The translations under genes and the position numbers were made by a program. The notes below the pieces were generated by a model that did not search any database, had not been told where the DNA came from, and saw only the letters and a list, made by a program, of their open reading frames with translations. Shown in pieces: positions 9,725 to 21,520 of a stretch of 64,000 nt of DNA (position 1 is its first letter; every line of letters starts with the position of its first letter). The stretch is from Eubacteriales bacterium (GTDB taxonomy: Bacteria; Bacillota; Clostridia; Oscillospirales; CAG-272), in contig JAZRLS010000022.1 in the NCBI GenBank assembly GCA_045646945.1, positions 1,181-65,180 on the forward strand, written 5' to 3'.

Positions 9725-11713
9725 TTGAATGAACAAAAATTTCATCTTCGCTCGGAGTATGCTCCCAGCGGAGACCAACCGCAAGCAATTGAAAAGCTGA
9801 CCGAGGGAGTTCTTCGCGGTGACCGAAAGCAGACGCTTCTCGGTGTTACAGGTTCGGGTAAAACCTTTACGATGGCAAACGTAATCGCAAACGTGAACAA
9901 ACCTACCTTGGTGTTAGCACATAATAAGACCTTGGCGGCACAGCTTTGCTCGGAATTTCGAGAGATCTTTCCTGATAATGCGGTAGAATATTTTGTTTCC
10001 TATTACGACTATTATCAGCCCGAAGCATATATCCCAGGGAAGGACGTATATATCGAAAAGGACGCGATGATCAACGACGAGATTGATATGCTCCGTCACA
10101 GCGCGACCTCGGCGCTGTTTGAGCGCAACGACGTGATTATCGTTGCGAGTGTTTCGTGCATCTATTCTTTGGGTGATCCCGTAGAGTATAAAAATCTCGT
10201 GATCGCGCTTCGTCCCGGAATGGCAATGGGACGCGACGAATTAATTCAGCGCTTGGTAGCCATCAGTTATGACAGAAATGATTTTTCCTTGGAGCGTGAC
10301 AAATTCCGTGTGCAGGGAGATACCGTGGATATCATTCCTGCTAATATGCAGGAGCACGCCTTCCGTGTGGAATTTTTTGGCGATGAAATTGATCGGATTG
10401 CCGAGATCAACATTGTGACGGGAGAGGTGATCAAATCTCTCGCATACGTCGGAATTTATCCCGCAACGCACTATGCGGTTTCTGAGGAAAAGAAAGAAAA
10501 GGCAATTGCCGAAATTTTCAAGGAAATGAATGAGCGAGCGGAGTTCTTCCGTGAGGAAGGAAAGCTGATCGAAGCTCAGCGCATTGAAGAACGCGTCAAA
10601 TACGATATGGAGATGCTTCGTGAAGTTGGATTTTGTTCGGGCGTAGAGAACTATTCTCGCGTATTGGCAGGTCGTCCCGCAGGATCGACACCGTATACCT
10701 TGCTCGATTATTTTCCGGAAGACTTTTTGCTTTTTGTGGACGAGTCGCACGTCACACTCCCGCAGGTGCGCGGAATGAGCGGCGGAGATACGGCAAGAAA
10801 GAAAAATTTGGTGGATTTCGGTTTCCGTCTCCCCTCGGCGTTCGATAACCGACCGCTGTTCTTTGATGAATTTGAGTCGAAGCTGAATCAAACGATTTAT
10901 ATCAGCGCTACCCCGGGAGATTATGAAATCACAGAATCGGAACAGATCGTGGAACAGATTATTCGTCCGACGGGATTGGTAGATCCCGCGGTAGAGGTGC
11001 GACCGATCGAAGGACAGATCGACGACCTGATGGGAGAGATCAAGCTTCGCACTGAAAAAAATGAGCGAGTTCTTGTGACGACGCTGACACGGAAAATGGC
11101 AGAGGATTTGACCGAATATCTGCAAAACAACGGAATTAAAGTAAAATATATTCACTTTAACGTAGATACAATCGAGCGTATGGAAATCATTCGCGATCTT
11201 CGCTTGGGTGAGTTTGACGTATTGGTCGGAATCAATCTTTTGCGTGAGGGCTTGGATATTCCCGAGGTATCGCTTGTGGCAATTCTTGATGCCGATAAGG
11301 AAGGATTCTTGCGCGCGGAGCGCAGTTTGATTCAGACGATCGGACGCGCGGCGAGAAACGCAGAAGGTAAGGTCATTATGTATGCCGACACCGTCACGGG
11401 ATCGATGGCGGCGGCAATTCGTGAAACAGAACGCAGAAGAAAGATTCAAAGTGAATATAACGAAGCACACGGCATTATTCCTAAAACCATCGTCAAGGAC
11501 GTTCGCGACATTATTGAGATCGGACGCTCCGAAAAGAACGAGAAAAAATCCGTTGACGGAAAGCAAAAGAAGATGAGCGCGAAGGAGCGCGACCGCAAGA
11601 TCGAGGAATTGACGGCGCAAATGAAGCGTGCCGCGAAAAACCTTGAGTTCGAGCAGGCCGCATATCTTCGTGATCGAATTGCAGAGCTACGAAAGGAACA
11701 AACAAAAAAATAG
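9725..11713 (+). CDS. uvrB: Excinuclease ABC subunit B
   Basis: [48 protein letters not shown]-terminal UVR domain; TTG start after GGGGAG. Confidence 0.97.
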   Translation: MNEQKFHLRSEYAPSGDQPQAIEKLTEGVLRGDRKQTLLGVTGSGKTFTMANVIANVNKPTLVLAHNKTLAAQLCSEFREIFPDNAVEYFVSYYDYYQPEAYIPGKDVYIEKDAMINDEIDMLRHSATSALFERNDVIIVASVSCIYSLGDPVEYKNLVIALRPGMAMGRDELIQRLVAISYDRNDFSLERDKFRVQGDTVDIIPANMQEHAFRVEFFGDEIDRIAEINIVTGEVIKSLAYVGIYPATHYAVSEEKKEKAIAEIFKEMNERAEFFREEGKLIEAQRIEERVKYDMEMLREVGFCSGVENYSRVLAGRPAGSTPYTLLDYFPEDFLLFVDESHVTLPQVRGMSGGDTARKKNLVDFGFRLPSAFDNRPLFFDEFESKLNQTIYISATPGDYEITESEQIVEQIIRPTGLVDPAVEVRPIEGQIDDLMGEIKLRTEKNERVLVTTLTRKMAEDLTEYLQNNGIKVKYIHFNVDTIERMEIIRDLRLGEFDVLVGINLLREGLDIPEVSLVAILDADKEGFLRAERSLIQTIGRAARNAEGKVIMYADTVTGSMAAAIRETERRRKIQSEYNEAHGIIPKTIVKDVRDIIEIGRSEKNEKKSVDGKQKKMSAKERDRKIEELTAQMKRAAKNLEFEQAAYLRDRIAELRKEQTKK

Positions 11714-11714
11714 T

Positions 11715-14555
11715 ATGCCGAAATCTATTGTGATACGCGGTGCACGCGTGAATAATTTGAAAAATATCAACGTGGAGATTCCCAGAGATCAGCTTGTGAT
11801 TTTGACGGGACTTTCGGGTTCGGGAAAATCCTCTCTTGCCTTTGATACTATCTACGCAGAAGGACATCGACGCTTTGTCGAGTCGCTTTCTTCCTATGCA
11901 AGACAATTCTTAGGACAGATGGACAAGCCCGATGTGGATCTGATCGAAGGCCTTTCTCCCGCAATTGCGATCGATCAGAAAACAACCTCAAAGAATCCCC
12001 GCTCTACGGTCGGAACTGTTACGGAAATCTACGATTATCTGCGCCTTTTGTATGCAAGAATCGGTATTCCGCACTGTCCGATTTGCGGAAAAGAGATTCG
12101 TCGTCAATCGACAGATACGATCATTGATAAGATTATGGAGCTTCCCGAAGGAACTCGGTTTATGGTTCTTTCTCCCGTGGTGAGAGCACAAAAGGGAATG
12201 CACGAAAAGGTGTTCGCTTCGACCAAAAAAAGCGGATACGTTCGTGTTCGTGTGGACGGTAGCCTGTACGATATTTCCGAGGAGATCAAGCTCGACAAAA
12301 ACAAAAAGCATACCATCGAGGTGGTCGTTGATCGTCTTGTGATGAAGCCCGATCTTCGTTCACGCCTTGGCGATTCGGTCGAAAATGCGCTTCGCTTGTC
12401 GGATGGACATCTTTTGATCGTGACCGTGCCGAGAGAGGGCGACCATGTTGAGCTAGAGTTTTCGCAAAGCTATGCCTGCGAGGAGCACGGCATCTCCTTT
12501 GGTGAGCTTGAGCCGAGAATGTTTTCTTTCAATAATCCCGCGGGCGCATGTCCACATTGTGCAGGACTTGGTGAGATCCGCCGCATTGCCGTAGATCTTC
12601 TGATTCCCGATCCAAGGCTTTCTTTGCGTCAGGGCGCGATTGCCGTCAACGGATTTAAATCGTTGGAAGAGCAAAGTTGGAACGGACCTCTCTTTAAGGC
12701 AGTGGGAGAGCGTTTTGGATTTGATATGGATATGCCGATCAAGGATTTTTCTGAAAAGGCGTATCACGTTCTTCTTTACGGTTCGGGAAACGAGATATAT
12801 GATATTGAGCGTTGGTTTGGCGGGGAAGCGCACCGTCAGAAAATTCATTTTGACGGACTTGTCAAAATGATTGAAAACCGAATGACACAGTCGGGAAGTG
12901 ACGAGTATTATGAGCAATTTATCGAAGAAGCCCCTTGTCCCGAATGTCATGGAAAGCGTCTCTCGCCAAACTATCTTGCCGTCACGGTGGGTGAAAAAAA
13001 TATCGATGATCTTTGTCGTATGTCAGTGGCATCCGCATTGGAATTTATTGAAAATTTTGAACCGACGGGGATGGAAAAGATCATTTCCGCCGAAATTCTC
13101 AAGGAGATTCGTGCAAGACTCGGATTCCTTGTCAGCGTTGGTCTTGATTATCTGACGTTGGCAAGAAAAGCAGGCTCACTTTCAGGCGGAGAAGCACAGA
13201 GAATCCGTTTGGCAACGCAGATCGGTTCGGCACTCGTGGGCGTCCTTTATATTCTAGACGAGCCGAGTATCGGGTTGCATCAGCGGGATAATTCCAAGTT
13301 GATCGAAACACTCAAAAAGCTTCGTGATCTCGGAAATACTGTCATCGTCGTCGAGCATGACGAAGAAACGATGATGGAATCAGATTATCTGATTGACATT
13401 GGCCCCGGGGCAGGAATCCACGGAGGTGAAATCGTTGCCGCAGGTACTCCCCAAGAGGTAATGAAAAACAAGAACTCGATTACGGGAGCCTACCTTTCGG
13501 GACGAAAGAAGATTGATATTCCCGCAATGCGCCGTGCAGGCAACGGAAAGATGCTTCAGGTCAAGGATGCGTATGAGCATAATTTAAAGCATATTGACGT
13601 GGAGATTCCCTTAGGATGCTTTGTTTGCGTTACGGGAGTTTCCGGTTCGGGTAAATCTTCACTGGTCAACGGAATTATCAATCCGACGTTAGAGCGAGAG
13701 CTGAATGGAGCTGTTCGCTCGCACGGAAAGTTTAAAGAAATGATCGGTGTTGAGCATTTGGATAAGGTGATTGATATTGACCAAAGTCCGATCGGACGTA
13801 CTCCGCGTTCCAATCCCGCTACCTATACGGGACTCTTTACCGATATCCGTGATTTGTTTGCAAAAACTACTGATGCTAAGGCAAAGGGATATGCTTCGGG
13901 ACGCTTTTCTTTCAACGTAAAGGGAGGTCGTTGTGAGGCTTGTGAGGGCGACGGACTCAAAAAGATCGAGATGCATTTCTTGCCCGATGTTTACGTAACC
14001 TGCGACGTTTGTCGCGGAAAGCGATACAATCGCGATACCCTGGACGTAAAATACAAAGGGAAGAATATTTCCGACGTGCTCAATATGACGGTAGAAGAAG
14101 CGCTCTTGTTCTTTGACGGAATTCCGAGAATTAAAAACAAACTGCAAACCCTCTTTGACGTGGGTCTTGGATATATCAAGCTTGGTCAGCCCTCGACGAC
14201 AATTTCGGGTGGAGAGGCGCAGAGAGTTAAGCTTGCCACGGAGCTTTCCAAACGTCCGACGGGAAAGACGATGTATATTCTTGACGAGCCGACCACGGGA
14301 CTTCACAGCGATGACGTGGCAAAACTGATTGACGTTCTTCAGCGTCTGTGTAACGCGGGGAATTCACTGATTGTGATTGAGCATAATCTTGACGTAATTA
14401 AAACCGCGGATTATATTATCGATCTCGGACCCGAGGGCGGCGATGGGGGAGGAACGATTGTGGCAAAGGGTACTCCTGAGGAAGTTGCAATGAATAAAAA
14501 TTCGTATACGGGTGTATATTTAAACAAGATTATGAATATTCAAAAAGAAAAATAA
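11715..14555 (+). CDS. uvrA: Excinuclease ABC subunit A
   Basis: Two ABC domains ([18 protein letters not shown]), zinc fingers, LSGGEAQRI. Confidence 0.97.
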   Translation: MPKSIVIRGARVNNLKNINVEIPRDQLVILTGLSGSGKSSLAFDTIYAEGHRRFVESLSSYARQFLGQMDKPDVDLIEGLSPAIAIDQKTTSKNPRSTVGTVTEIYDYLRLLYARIGIPHCPICGKEIRRQSTDTIIDKIMELPEGTRFMVLSPVVRAQKGMHEKVFASTKKSGYVRVRVDGSLYDISEEIKLDKNKKHTIEVVVDRLVMKPDLRSRLGDSVENALRLSDGHLLIVTVPREGDHVELEFSQSYACEEHGISFGELEPRMFSFNNPAGACPHCAGLGEIRRIAVDLLIPDPRLSLRQGAIAVNGFKSLEEQSWNGPLFKAVGERFGFDMDMPIKDFSEKAYHVLLYGSGNEIYDIERWFGGEAHRQKIHFDGLVKMIENRMTQSGSDEYYEQFIEEAPCPECHGKRLSPNYLAVTVGEKNIDDLCRMSVASALEFIENFEPTGMEKIISAEILKEIRARLGFLVSVGLDYLTLARKAGSLSGGEAQRIRLATQIGSALVGVLYILDEPSIGLHQRDNSKLIETLKKLRDLGNTVIVVEHDEETMMESDYLIDIGPGAGIHGGEIVAAGTPQEVMKNKNSITGAYLSGRKKIDIPAMRRAGNGKMLQVKDAYEHNLKHIDVEIPLGCFVCVTGVSGSGKSSLVNGIINPTLERELNGAVRSHGKFKEMIGVEHLDKVIDIDQSPIGRTPRSNPATYTGLFTDIRDLFAKTTDAKAKGYASGRFSFNVKGGRCEACEGDGLKKIEMHFLPDVYVTCDVCRGKRYNRDTLDVKYKGKNISDVLNMTVEEALLFFDGIPRIKNKLQTLFDVGLGYIKLGQPSTTISGGEAQRVKLATELSKRPTGKTMYILDEPTTGLHSDDVAKLIDVLQRLCNAGNSLIVIEHNLDVIKTADYIIDLGPEGGDGGGTIVAKGTPEEVAMNKNSYTGVYLNKIMNIQKEK

Positions 14556-14578
14556 ACAAAAAATTTTTAATTAAAGTA

Positions 14579-14607
14579 TTGACATTTGAATATTTATGCG
14601 ATATAAT
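14579..14607 (+). promoter_or_regulatory. sigma-A promoter with ARG-box-like spacer
   Basis: TTGACA-17 bp-TATAAT; spacer contains TGAATATTTATGCG, one mismatch to TGMATWWWWATKCA. Confidence 0.65.
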
Positions 14608-14650
14608 GATGCATGTAATCATTAAAATTATTTTCTATGGAGGAAAAACA

Positions 14651-15475
14651 ATGAAAAAGATTCTTGCTTTAGTTTTGGCTTTGCTTCTGATTATGATCGG
14701 ATGCGTTGCATGCGCCGGAACCGAGGATACGGCCGATGATACGTCCGAAACCACCACGGCTCCCGCTGATGACAATAATGACGGTGATGACAACAAGGAA
14801 AAGCCTGTATTGAAGATGGCAACCAATGCATACTTCCAGCCCTATGAATTCTACAAGGATGGAAAGATCGTTGGTATCGATGCTGAAATCGCGGCTGCTA
14901 TTGCCGAGTATATGGGATATGAGCTCCAGATCGTAGATATGGAATTTGATTCCATTATCACTGCGGTCAAGGAAGGTTCCGTTGACTTCGGTATGGCGGG
15001 TATGACCGTTACCGAGAAGAGACTCCTTGAGATCGACTTCTCCAACAGCTATGCAACCGGTGTTCAGTCGATTATCGTGCCTGAAAATTCTCCTATTACC
15101 CATGTTGATGACCTGTATGCTGCTGGCGCAAACTACAAGGTTGGTGTTCAGCGCGGTACGACCGGTGACATTTATGCAACCGATGATTTCGGAGCAGAGA
15201 AGGTAACAACCTACGATAACGGTAACGGTGCGGTTCTTGCGCTGCTTGGCGGTGACGTTGATTGCGTAATTATCGACAATGAGCCTGCAAAGGCACTGGT
15301 AAACGCAAATGATGGTTTGAAGATTCTGGAGACCTCTTACGCAGATGAGGACTACGCAATCTGCATTAAGAAGGGAAATTCCGCACTGCTTGAGAAGATC
15401 AACGAAGCAATCGTTGCTCTGACGGCAGACGGAACGATTGACGAAATCGTTGCAAAGTATATTCCCGCAGAATAA
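14651..15475 (+). CDS. Polar amino acid ABC substrate-binding lipoprotein
   Basis: Lipoprotein signal, acidic linker, MATNAYFQPYEF, GIDAEIA, AGMTVTEKR, VGVQRGTTG, EDYAI in canonical order. Confidence 0.92.
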   Translation: MKKILALVLALLLIMIGCVACAGTEDTADDTSETTTAPADDNNDGDDNKEKPVLKMATNAYFQPYEFYKDGKIVGIDAEIAAAIAEYMGYELQIVDMEFDSIITAVKEGSVDFGMAGMTVTEKRLLEIDFSNSYATGVQSIIVPENSPITHVDDLYAAGANYKVGVQRGTTGDIYATDDFGAEKVTTYDNGNGAVLALLGGDVDCVIIDNEPAKALVNANDGLKILETSYADEDYAICIKKGNSALLEKINEAIVALTADGTIDEIVAKYIPAE

Positions 15476-15499
15476 TTCGAAGTTACGATAAATGAAAAA

Positions 15500-15539
15500 G
15501 CAAAAAAATAGGAACGTTTCGACTTTCCTATTTTTTTGC
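15500..15539 (+). terminator. Intra-operon hairpin after binding-protein gene
   Basis: GCAAAAAAATAGGAA...TTCCTATTTTTTTGC; may tune binding protein excess over permease. Confidence 0.55.
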
Positions 15540-15559
15540 CGTTTAGGAAGGCATTTTTT

Positions 15560-16948
15560 ATGAAACAAAATAAACACCTTCGCAATTTTTTGATTGCTCT
15601 GATTGCTGTTGTGGTTTTGGTAGGTGTGTTTGCAACGATCATCTTGATCGATGGACTCAACAACCGTGCAAAGCAGGAAATAGATATTGCGCAGGCACAA
15701 GAAATGGTCGATGCTACGTTGGATTCTTTACCAAACAATGTGGCACTATCCTCAAAGTATATTCGTTCTCGCAGTGGTGTCACGGTCAATGACATTAAAT
15801 ATGGCACGCAGAAGGATATCATTTTGAGCTGTACTTATGAAACGATTGACGTTCGTACTACCATCGAGGAGAATGTCAACGATGTTTTGGGAAGCATATC
15901 GATCAATGACCCGAAAACGGGAAAGCCCAAAAACGCAACCAAGGTTCAGCTTGAGGTTGCGGATAAAATCCAAGATTTGTTGGAAAATGCTCCCACGTTA
16001 AGTGGTGAGATGGATGTTTATATTTATGAAACCAAAGAAGGACTGCAACTCTATCTTGCGGATGAGTTTGTTAATACGGCTTTCGGTGGAATTCTTGATG
16101 CTCAAAAGGTGGTACAAAATACTACCACGTTAACGGTGAACGGTGAGAGCGTAGATATTACCAACCGAAATTCGCTTCGCAATGGTTGTATCGCTTGCTT
16201 TAAACTCGTGAACTACGACATGACAAAACCCGATACATCCTCTAAGATACAGCGTGCCTTCAATGAGTTTAAAGAGGAATTTCACAGAAACTTTATTGAA
16301 GAAAACCGTTGGACTTATTTGGCACAGGGACTTGGAAACACGCTTGCAATTACAGCACTTGCTTTGATTCTTGGTGTCGCTATCGGTTTCCTTGTTGCTG
16401 CAATTCGTTGTACCAGTGCAAAAACGGGTAAATTGAAGATTTTGGACGGTATCTGTAAGGTGTATCTTGCCATCATGCGCGGAACCCCCGTTATGATACA
16501 GCTTCTGATTATTTATTTCGTTATTTTGCTTCCGTTGAACGTGGATAAATTCGTTGCGGCGGTGCTTTGCTTTGGTATCAACTCGGGTGCTTATGTTTCC
16601 GAAATCGTGCGCGGCGGTATTATGTCAATCGATGACGGTCAGATTGAGGCGGGTAGAAGCTTAGGGCTTGGATACGTTCCTACGATGTGGCATATTGTCA
16701 TTCCTCAGGCATTTAAGGCGATTTTGCCGTCGCTTGCGAATGAGTTTATCGCACTCTTGAAAGAAACGTCTGTTGCATTCTATATCGGTGTAGCAGACTT
16801 GACACTCGGTGGATTGAAGATTCGTGCCATTACGTACAGTAACTTTATGCCTTTGATTGCGATTGCCGTAATTTATTTGATTTTGGTGCTTGGCTTGTCG
16901 TATCTGGTATCGCTTTTGGAAAGGAGGTTGCGTAAGAGTGAGAAGTAA
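15560..16948 (+). CDS. Polar amino acid ABC permease with long N-terminal extracellular domain
   Basis: C-terminal about 210 aa has [37 protein letters not shown]; N-terminal TM plus about 220 aa soluble region. Confidence 0.9.
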   Translation: MKQNKHLRNFLIALIAVVVLVGVFATIILIDGLNNRAKQEIDIAQAQEMVDATLDSLPNNVALSSKYIRSRSGVTVNDIKYGTQKDIILSCTYETIDVRTTIEENVNDVLGSISINDPKTGKPKNATKVQLEVADKIQDLLENAPTLSGEMDVYIYETKEGLQLYLADEFVNTAFGGILDAQKVVQNTTTLTVNGESVDITNRNSLRNGCIACFKLVNYDMTKPDTSSKIQRAFNEFKEEFHRNFIEENRWTYLAQGLGNTLAITALALILGVAIGFLVAAIRCTSAKTGKLKILDGICKVYLAIMRGTPVMIQLLIIYFVILLPLNVDKFVAAVLCFGINSGAYVSEIVRGGIMSIDDGQIEAGRSLGLGYVPTMWHIVIPQAFKAILPSLANEFIALLKETSVAFYIGVADLTLGGLKIRAITYSNFMPLIAIAVIYLILVLGLSYLVSLLERRLRKSEK

Positions 16949-17723
16949 AAAGGAACAAAAGCTCGTTGCGGATGCTCCTTGCAACCCCGATGCTTTGATT
17001 GAGGTTAGAAATCTCGTAAAAGATTTTAACGATGGAGAAATTAAAGTTCTCAGAGGCTTTGATTATTCCATTAAAAAAGGTGAAAAGATCGTTATTATCG
17101 GTCCCTCCGGCGGTGGAAAAAGTACGTTTCTTCGCTGCTTGAATCTTTTGGAAAAGCCGACTTCAGGAGAAATTTATTTTAACGGAGAGCGGATTACCGC
17201 GACCAAATGCAATATCAATCAGGTGAGAAAAAAGATGGGAATGGTGTTCCAGCATTTCAATCTCTTTCCTCACAAAACTGTACTGGAAAACTTGACTTTG
17301 GCACCTGTAAAGCTGAAGCTGAAAACCAAGGAAGATGCAATCGAGCGGGGAAAAGAACTTCTTCAAATGGTTGGACTTCCCGATAAGGCTGACGCGTATC
17401 CCTCGCAGCTTTCCGGTGGTCAGAAGCAACGTGTAGCAATTGCGCGTGCTCTTGCGATGGACCCTGAGGTCATTCTTTTCGATGAACCGACCTCGGCACT
17501 TGACCCTGAAATGGTTGGAGAGGTGTTAGATTTGATGAAAGAATTGGCACGTGAGGGAATGACCATGGTGGTTGTAACGCACGAAATGGGATTTGCTCGT
17601 GAAGTTGCCGATAAAATCCTCTTCATGTGTGATGGTGTGATCGCAGAAGAAGCACCGCCTGAGGAATTCTTTACAAATCCCAAAAACCCTCGCTTGCAGC
17701 AATTTTTGCAAAAAGTATTATAA
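16938..17723 (+). CDS. Polar amino acid ABC ATP-binding protein (GlnQ-like)
   Basis: [43 protein letters not shown]; AAGGAGG before GTG 16938. Confidence 0.94.
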   Translation: MRSKKEQKLVADAPCNPDALIEVRNLVKDFNDGEIKVLRGFDYSIKKGEKIVIIGPSGGGKSTFLRCLNLLEKPTSGEIYFNGERITATKCNINQVRKKMGMVFQHFNLFPHKTVLENLTLAPVKLKLKTKEDAIERGKELLQMVGLPDKADAYPSQLSGGQKQRVAIARALAMDPEVILFDEPTSALDPEMVGEVLDLMKELAREGMTMVVVTHEMGFAREVADKILFMCDGVIAEEAPPEEFFTNPKNPRLQQFLQKVL

Positions 17724-17734
17724 TGGAACAAATA

Positions 17735-17764
17735 AAAAAGGATCGGAATTTTCCGATCCTTTTT
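17735..17764. terminator. Bidirectional terminator
   Basis: AAAAAGGATCGGAA-tt-TTCCGATCCTTTTT between convergent genes. Confidence 0.85.
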
Positions 17765-17780
17765 GTTGTTATTCGCTTAA

Positions 17781-18065
17781 TTAGTCTTGTGCATCTTCTG
17801 CTTTTACATCTACGTTGCGAACAGCAGTTTTGAGAATTCTGATCTTTGTGCGGTCGTGTCCCGTTTCGATCATTACGGTTTCTTCCTTGATGCTAACGAT
17901 TTTACCGATGATTCCGCCGATGGTCGTGATCTCATCGCCAACCTGCAGATTGTTTCTCATTGCATTGACTTCGCGCTCCTGCTTTTTCTGAGGTCTGATC
18001 ATCAGAAAATACATTGCTGCGAAAATGACTACCATGAAAATAATGGTTCCGATAGTGCCTCCCAT
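17781..18065 (-). CDS. yajC: Preprotein translocase subunit YajC
   Basis: MYFLMIRPQKKQ...LQVGDEITTIGGIIGKI. Confidence 0.95.
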   Translation of the reverse strand: MGGTIGTIIFMVVIFAAMYFLMIRPQKKQEREVNAMRNNLQVGDEITTIGGIIGKIVSIKEETVMIETGHDRTKIRILKTAVRNVDVKAEDAQD

Positions 18066-18270
18066 AAATAAAAACCTCCAAATTTCAAATATACCATATC
18101 ATACCATATTTTTTTCAAAAAAGCAAGGGGTATTTGTAAATAAATTATGGATAAAATGCCTGAAAACGGAATTTAATTCGTAAAAGTGTTGAAATCATGA
18201 TAAACTTGTGATATAATATATATAATTATGTATTATGGCATTTTATAATCAAAAGTCTTGGAGATTGTTT

Positions 18271-18780
18271 ATGATATCAAATCCTTATATTGAATGCGGT
18301 AAAATTATTAATACCCACGGTTGCTTTGGCGCTTTAAAATTAGAATCCTGGTGTAATACGCCCAAGGAGCTTTCGGAGCTTCGTCGGCTGTATCTCAAAA
18401 AAGGAGAAAGCTATACCGAATATAAGGTTACAAAAGCATCGGTCTTTAAGCAATTTGTCATCGTTACTTTGGATACGGTGAATGATATGGATGTTGCTCT
18501 TGCCCTAAAGGGGCAGACCGTTTATGCAAATCGAAAGGATTTCCATTTGAAAAAGGGAGAATATTTCGTTGCTGACCTTGTCGGACTTTCGGTGATCGAT
18601 GCTGACACGGGAAAGATTTACGGCACGTTACTTGAGACCATAAATCGAGGTGCTTCGGATATTTACGTAGTAAAAACCGAGGATGGAGAACGAATGATTC
18701 CTGCGGTTCCTGAGTTTATCGACCGTATCGAGATTGAGCGCGGCATTTTTGTCCGTCCGATTTCAGGAATGCTGGACTAA
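18271..18780 (+). CDS. rimM: Ribosome maturation factor RimM
   Basis: GKIINTHG, GEYFVADLVGLSV, GASDIYVV, MIPAV; precedes trmD. Confidence 0.92.
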   Translation: MISNPYIECGKIINTHGCFGALKLESWCNTPKELSELRRLYLKKGESYTEYKVTKASVFKQFVIVTLDTVNDMDVALALKGQTVYANRKDFHLKKGEYFVADLVGLSVIDADTGKIYGTLLETINRGASDIYVVKTEDGERMIPAVPEFIDRIEIERGIFVRPISGMLD

Positions 18781-18792
18781 CAAGAGGGCACT

Positions 18793-19494
18793 ATGATTTT
18801 TGATATTATGACGCTGTTTCCCGATCTCGTGGAATACGTATTGGGAGAGAGCATTCTCGGACGTGCACAAAAACGTGGGGCGATCGAGGTGTCAACTTAC
18901 CAGATTAGAGACTATTCTGAGGACAAACATCGCCGCGTAGACGATACGCCGTATGGCGGTGGAAAGGGAATGCTGATGATGGCGCCCCCTATTTCTCGCT
19001 GTTATGAGGCGATTTGTGAGAAGCGCTCGGATCAAAATTTGAGAAAAAAAGTAATCTTTATGTCTCCGTCGGGTTCTTTGCTGACGCAAAAAAAGGCAGA
19101 AGAGCTTGCAACTTACGATCAGCTTGTGATTTTGTGTGGACATTACGAGGGTGTCGACCGTCGTATTATTGACGAAATTGTAGATGAAGAGATATCGATT
19201 GGGGATTATGTGTTAACCGGAGGAGAAATTCCCGCATGTATTTTGGTGGATAGTGTGGCTCGACTTTGCGATGGCGTATTGTCTGACCCCGAATGCTATG
19301 AGCAGGAAAGTATCTCCAGCGGACTTGTGGAATATCCGCAGTACACGAGACCTTATGAATTTCACGGAGTCAAAGTTCCCGATGTATTGATTTCCGGGCA
19401 CCATGAAAATATAGACCGTTGGCGTAAAGAACAAGCGATGGTGCTGACACTGAAAAATCGGCCTGATATTTTAGAAAAATACGGAAAGGAGTGA
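18793..19494 (+). CDS. trmD: tRNA (guanine-N1)-methyltransferase
   Basis: TLFP, VDDTPYGGG, CGHYEGVD, SIGDYVLTGGE, EYPQYTRP. Confidence 0.97.
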   Translation: MIFDIMTLFPDLVEYVLGESILGRAQKRGAIEVSTYQIRDYSEDKHRRVDDTPYGGGKGMLMMAPPISRCYEAICEKRSDQNLRKKVIFMSPSGSLLTQKKAEELATYDQLVILCGHYEGVDRRIIDEIVDEEISIGDYVLTGGEIPACILVDSVARLCDGVLSDPECYEQESISSGLVEYPQYTRPYEFHGVKVPDVLISGHHENIDRWRKEQAMVLTLKNRPDILEKYGKE

Positions 19495-21491
19495 TTGGAT
19501 TGAAGAAAAATAAAATTCATACAGCGGATGCGGGAATCGATTCTGAGGAACGAAAGTCCGAAAAATCTACGGCATCTCTTGGGTTGATTTTGTTTTTGTT
19601 GGATAAGCTTTCCAATGCAATCTATCACGCTCTCTGTAATGGCTTTTTTGCAAAAATCTTTACGGCATATTCCAAGGAACAGGAGACTTTCGAAAACGGA
19701 TTTCTCAGAAATCACTTTATTAGTGCAAAATTTAAGTCGTTTTTCTGGAAAATTCGTCAGTATATTTCGAAAGCGTTTGAGACCAGTTGGTTTTTAAATA
19801 AAACGAAAAACACGGCTCGTTCTTGGCTCGGTGTTTCACTAAGATCATATGGCAAATCATTGTTTTTCTTCGGTGTGTATACCGTCATTGTTTATTTGAT
19901 TCGTTTGGTCGTTCCAAGTTTGCCTCATAGTGATATCGGATATTTGATCACGGGACTGTCGATATGTATCATAGCACTTCCCACATTCCTTTCTAAAGAT
20001 AGTTTGGCTCAAGCGTTAGATTCGGGCATTCTTACCAATATGCTTTGTTCCGAATTTTTGGGATATCGCAAGGAATGCTTTGAAATTGCGCAAAAGGGAA
20101 GCAGAATCAAAAATAATATTCTTATTTTTCTTGGAATGATCTTGGGAATGTTTACGCTTTTTATTCACCCTCTGCTCATTCTGTTATCCCTTCTGTTGAT
20201 TCTTGCGGTTGTTATTATTTTGAATACGCCTGAAATTGGCGTGTTGTTTGCGTTATTTTTCCTACCGTTTTTATCTTTCTTTGATATTCCCGCTACAATT
20301 TTGGGAATCGAGGTATTGCTAACGGCAATTTCTTATTTTATCAAGCTAATTCGAGGCAAGCGAATTTTACGAATTGAATTAATCGATCTTGCAGTGTTGC
20401 TGTTTTTCCTACTACTCTTCTTTTCGGGAACAATTACGGCGGGGGGAGAAAAGGGACTGGAAGAGGTGTTGCTCTCTTGTTGTTTGATGCTTGGCTATTT
20501 CCTAACGGTAAACCTGATCAGAACAGAGCTGTGGCTCAAACGATGCGTGTTAGCTTTCACTTTTTCTGGGACTGCCGTTGCGATTTGGGGGATTGTTCAA
20601 TATTTCTTTGCCTCCGTATTGGTTGATGCTTGGGTCGATCGTGAATATTTTTCCGATATTTCTCGTCGAGCCGTTTCGCTATTTGAAAATCCCAACGTAC
20701 TTGCGTCGTATTTGGTATTGGTTCTTCCGTTTGTCTTGTTGATGTTTTTGTATGCACAACGCGGAAGAGAAAAAACTCTGTACTTTATTTCGCTTTTCGC
20801 GGTTCTTACGTGTATTGTTTTGACGTGGTCGAGAGGTGCTTGGCTTGCGACAATTGCTTGCCTTTTGGTTTTTGGATTTATTTATTCCAAAAAAACATTA
20901 CGTTCAATCTTCCTTTTCGCATTGACGATTCCTTTTTGGACGATTCTCATACCAAGCTCGATTACAAAACGATTTTTAAGCATCGGAAATCTTGCGGATT
21001 CTTCGACCGCATACCGTTATTATACGTGGAAGGGTTCGTGGAATTTGATTCAGGAATATTTTATGGGAGGAATCGGTTACGGAACTTCCGCATACCAAAC
21101 CGTCTATCCTCAATTTGCGTATGCTGGAATTGAAGCGGCAGAGCATAGTCACAGCTTATTCTTGCAAATTTTTATTGGGCTTGGAATCGGCGGTCTTTTG
21201 AGCTTTTTCTGTATTCTTTTCCTTGCGGCACAAATGAATTTCGAATATCTAAAGCAGAGCCAAAATGTTCGGGCAAAGATTTTTGTAATCGCTTGTATGT
21301 GTTCAATCATTGGAGCGCTTGTGATGGGACTTTTTGATTTTATTTGGTATAACTACAGAATTTTCTTCCTCTTTTGGGCAGTCCTCGGACTTGCCTGCGC
21401 TTGTATCCGCGTAGGTCGAGCAGAGGAAAGCAGACAGACTTGTATCGCTGAATATGAAGAAAACAGCGCAACAATGGATCTTGATTTTTGA
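19491..21491 (+). CDS. O-antigen ligase / Wzy-like polytopic membrane protein
   Basis: RAVSLFENPNVLASYL, LTWSRGAW, S...R...W...GIGYG, HSHSLFLQI motifs; many TM segments. Confidence 0.85.
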   Translation: MIGLKKNKIHTADAGIDSEERKSEKSTASLGLILFLLDKLSNAIYHALCNGFFAKIFTAYSKEQETFENGFLRNHFISAKFKSFFWKIRQYISKAFETSWFLNKTKNTARSWLGVSLRSYGKSLFFFGVYTVIVYLIRLVVPSLPHSDIGYLITGLSICIIALPTFLSKDSLAQALDSGILTNMLCSEFLGYRKECFEIAQKGSRIKNNILIFLGMILGMFTLFIHPLLILLSLLLILAVVIILNTPEIGVLFALFFLPFLSFFDIPATILGIEVLLTAISYFIKLIRGKRILRIELIDLAVLLFFLLLFFSGTITAGGEKGLEEVLLSCCLMLGYFLTVNLIRTELWLKRCVLAFTFSGTAVAIWGIVQYFFASVLVDAWVDREYFSDISRRAVSLFENPNVLASYLVLVLPFVLLMFLYAQRGREKTLYFISLFAVLTCIVLTWSRGAWLATIACLLVFGFIYSKKTLRSIFLFALTIPFWTILIPSSITKRFLSIGNLADSSTAYRYYTWKGSWNLIQEYFMGGIGYGTSAYQTVYPQFAYAGIEAAEHSHSLFLQIFIGLGIGGLLSFFCILFLAAQMNFEYLKQSQNVRAKIFVIACMCSIIGALVMGLFDFIWYNYRIFFLFWAVLGLACACIRVGRAEESRQTCIAEYEENSATMDLDF

Positions 21492-21520
21492 TCTGATATT
21501 ACAGAAAGGATTTTGAATAA

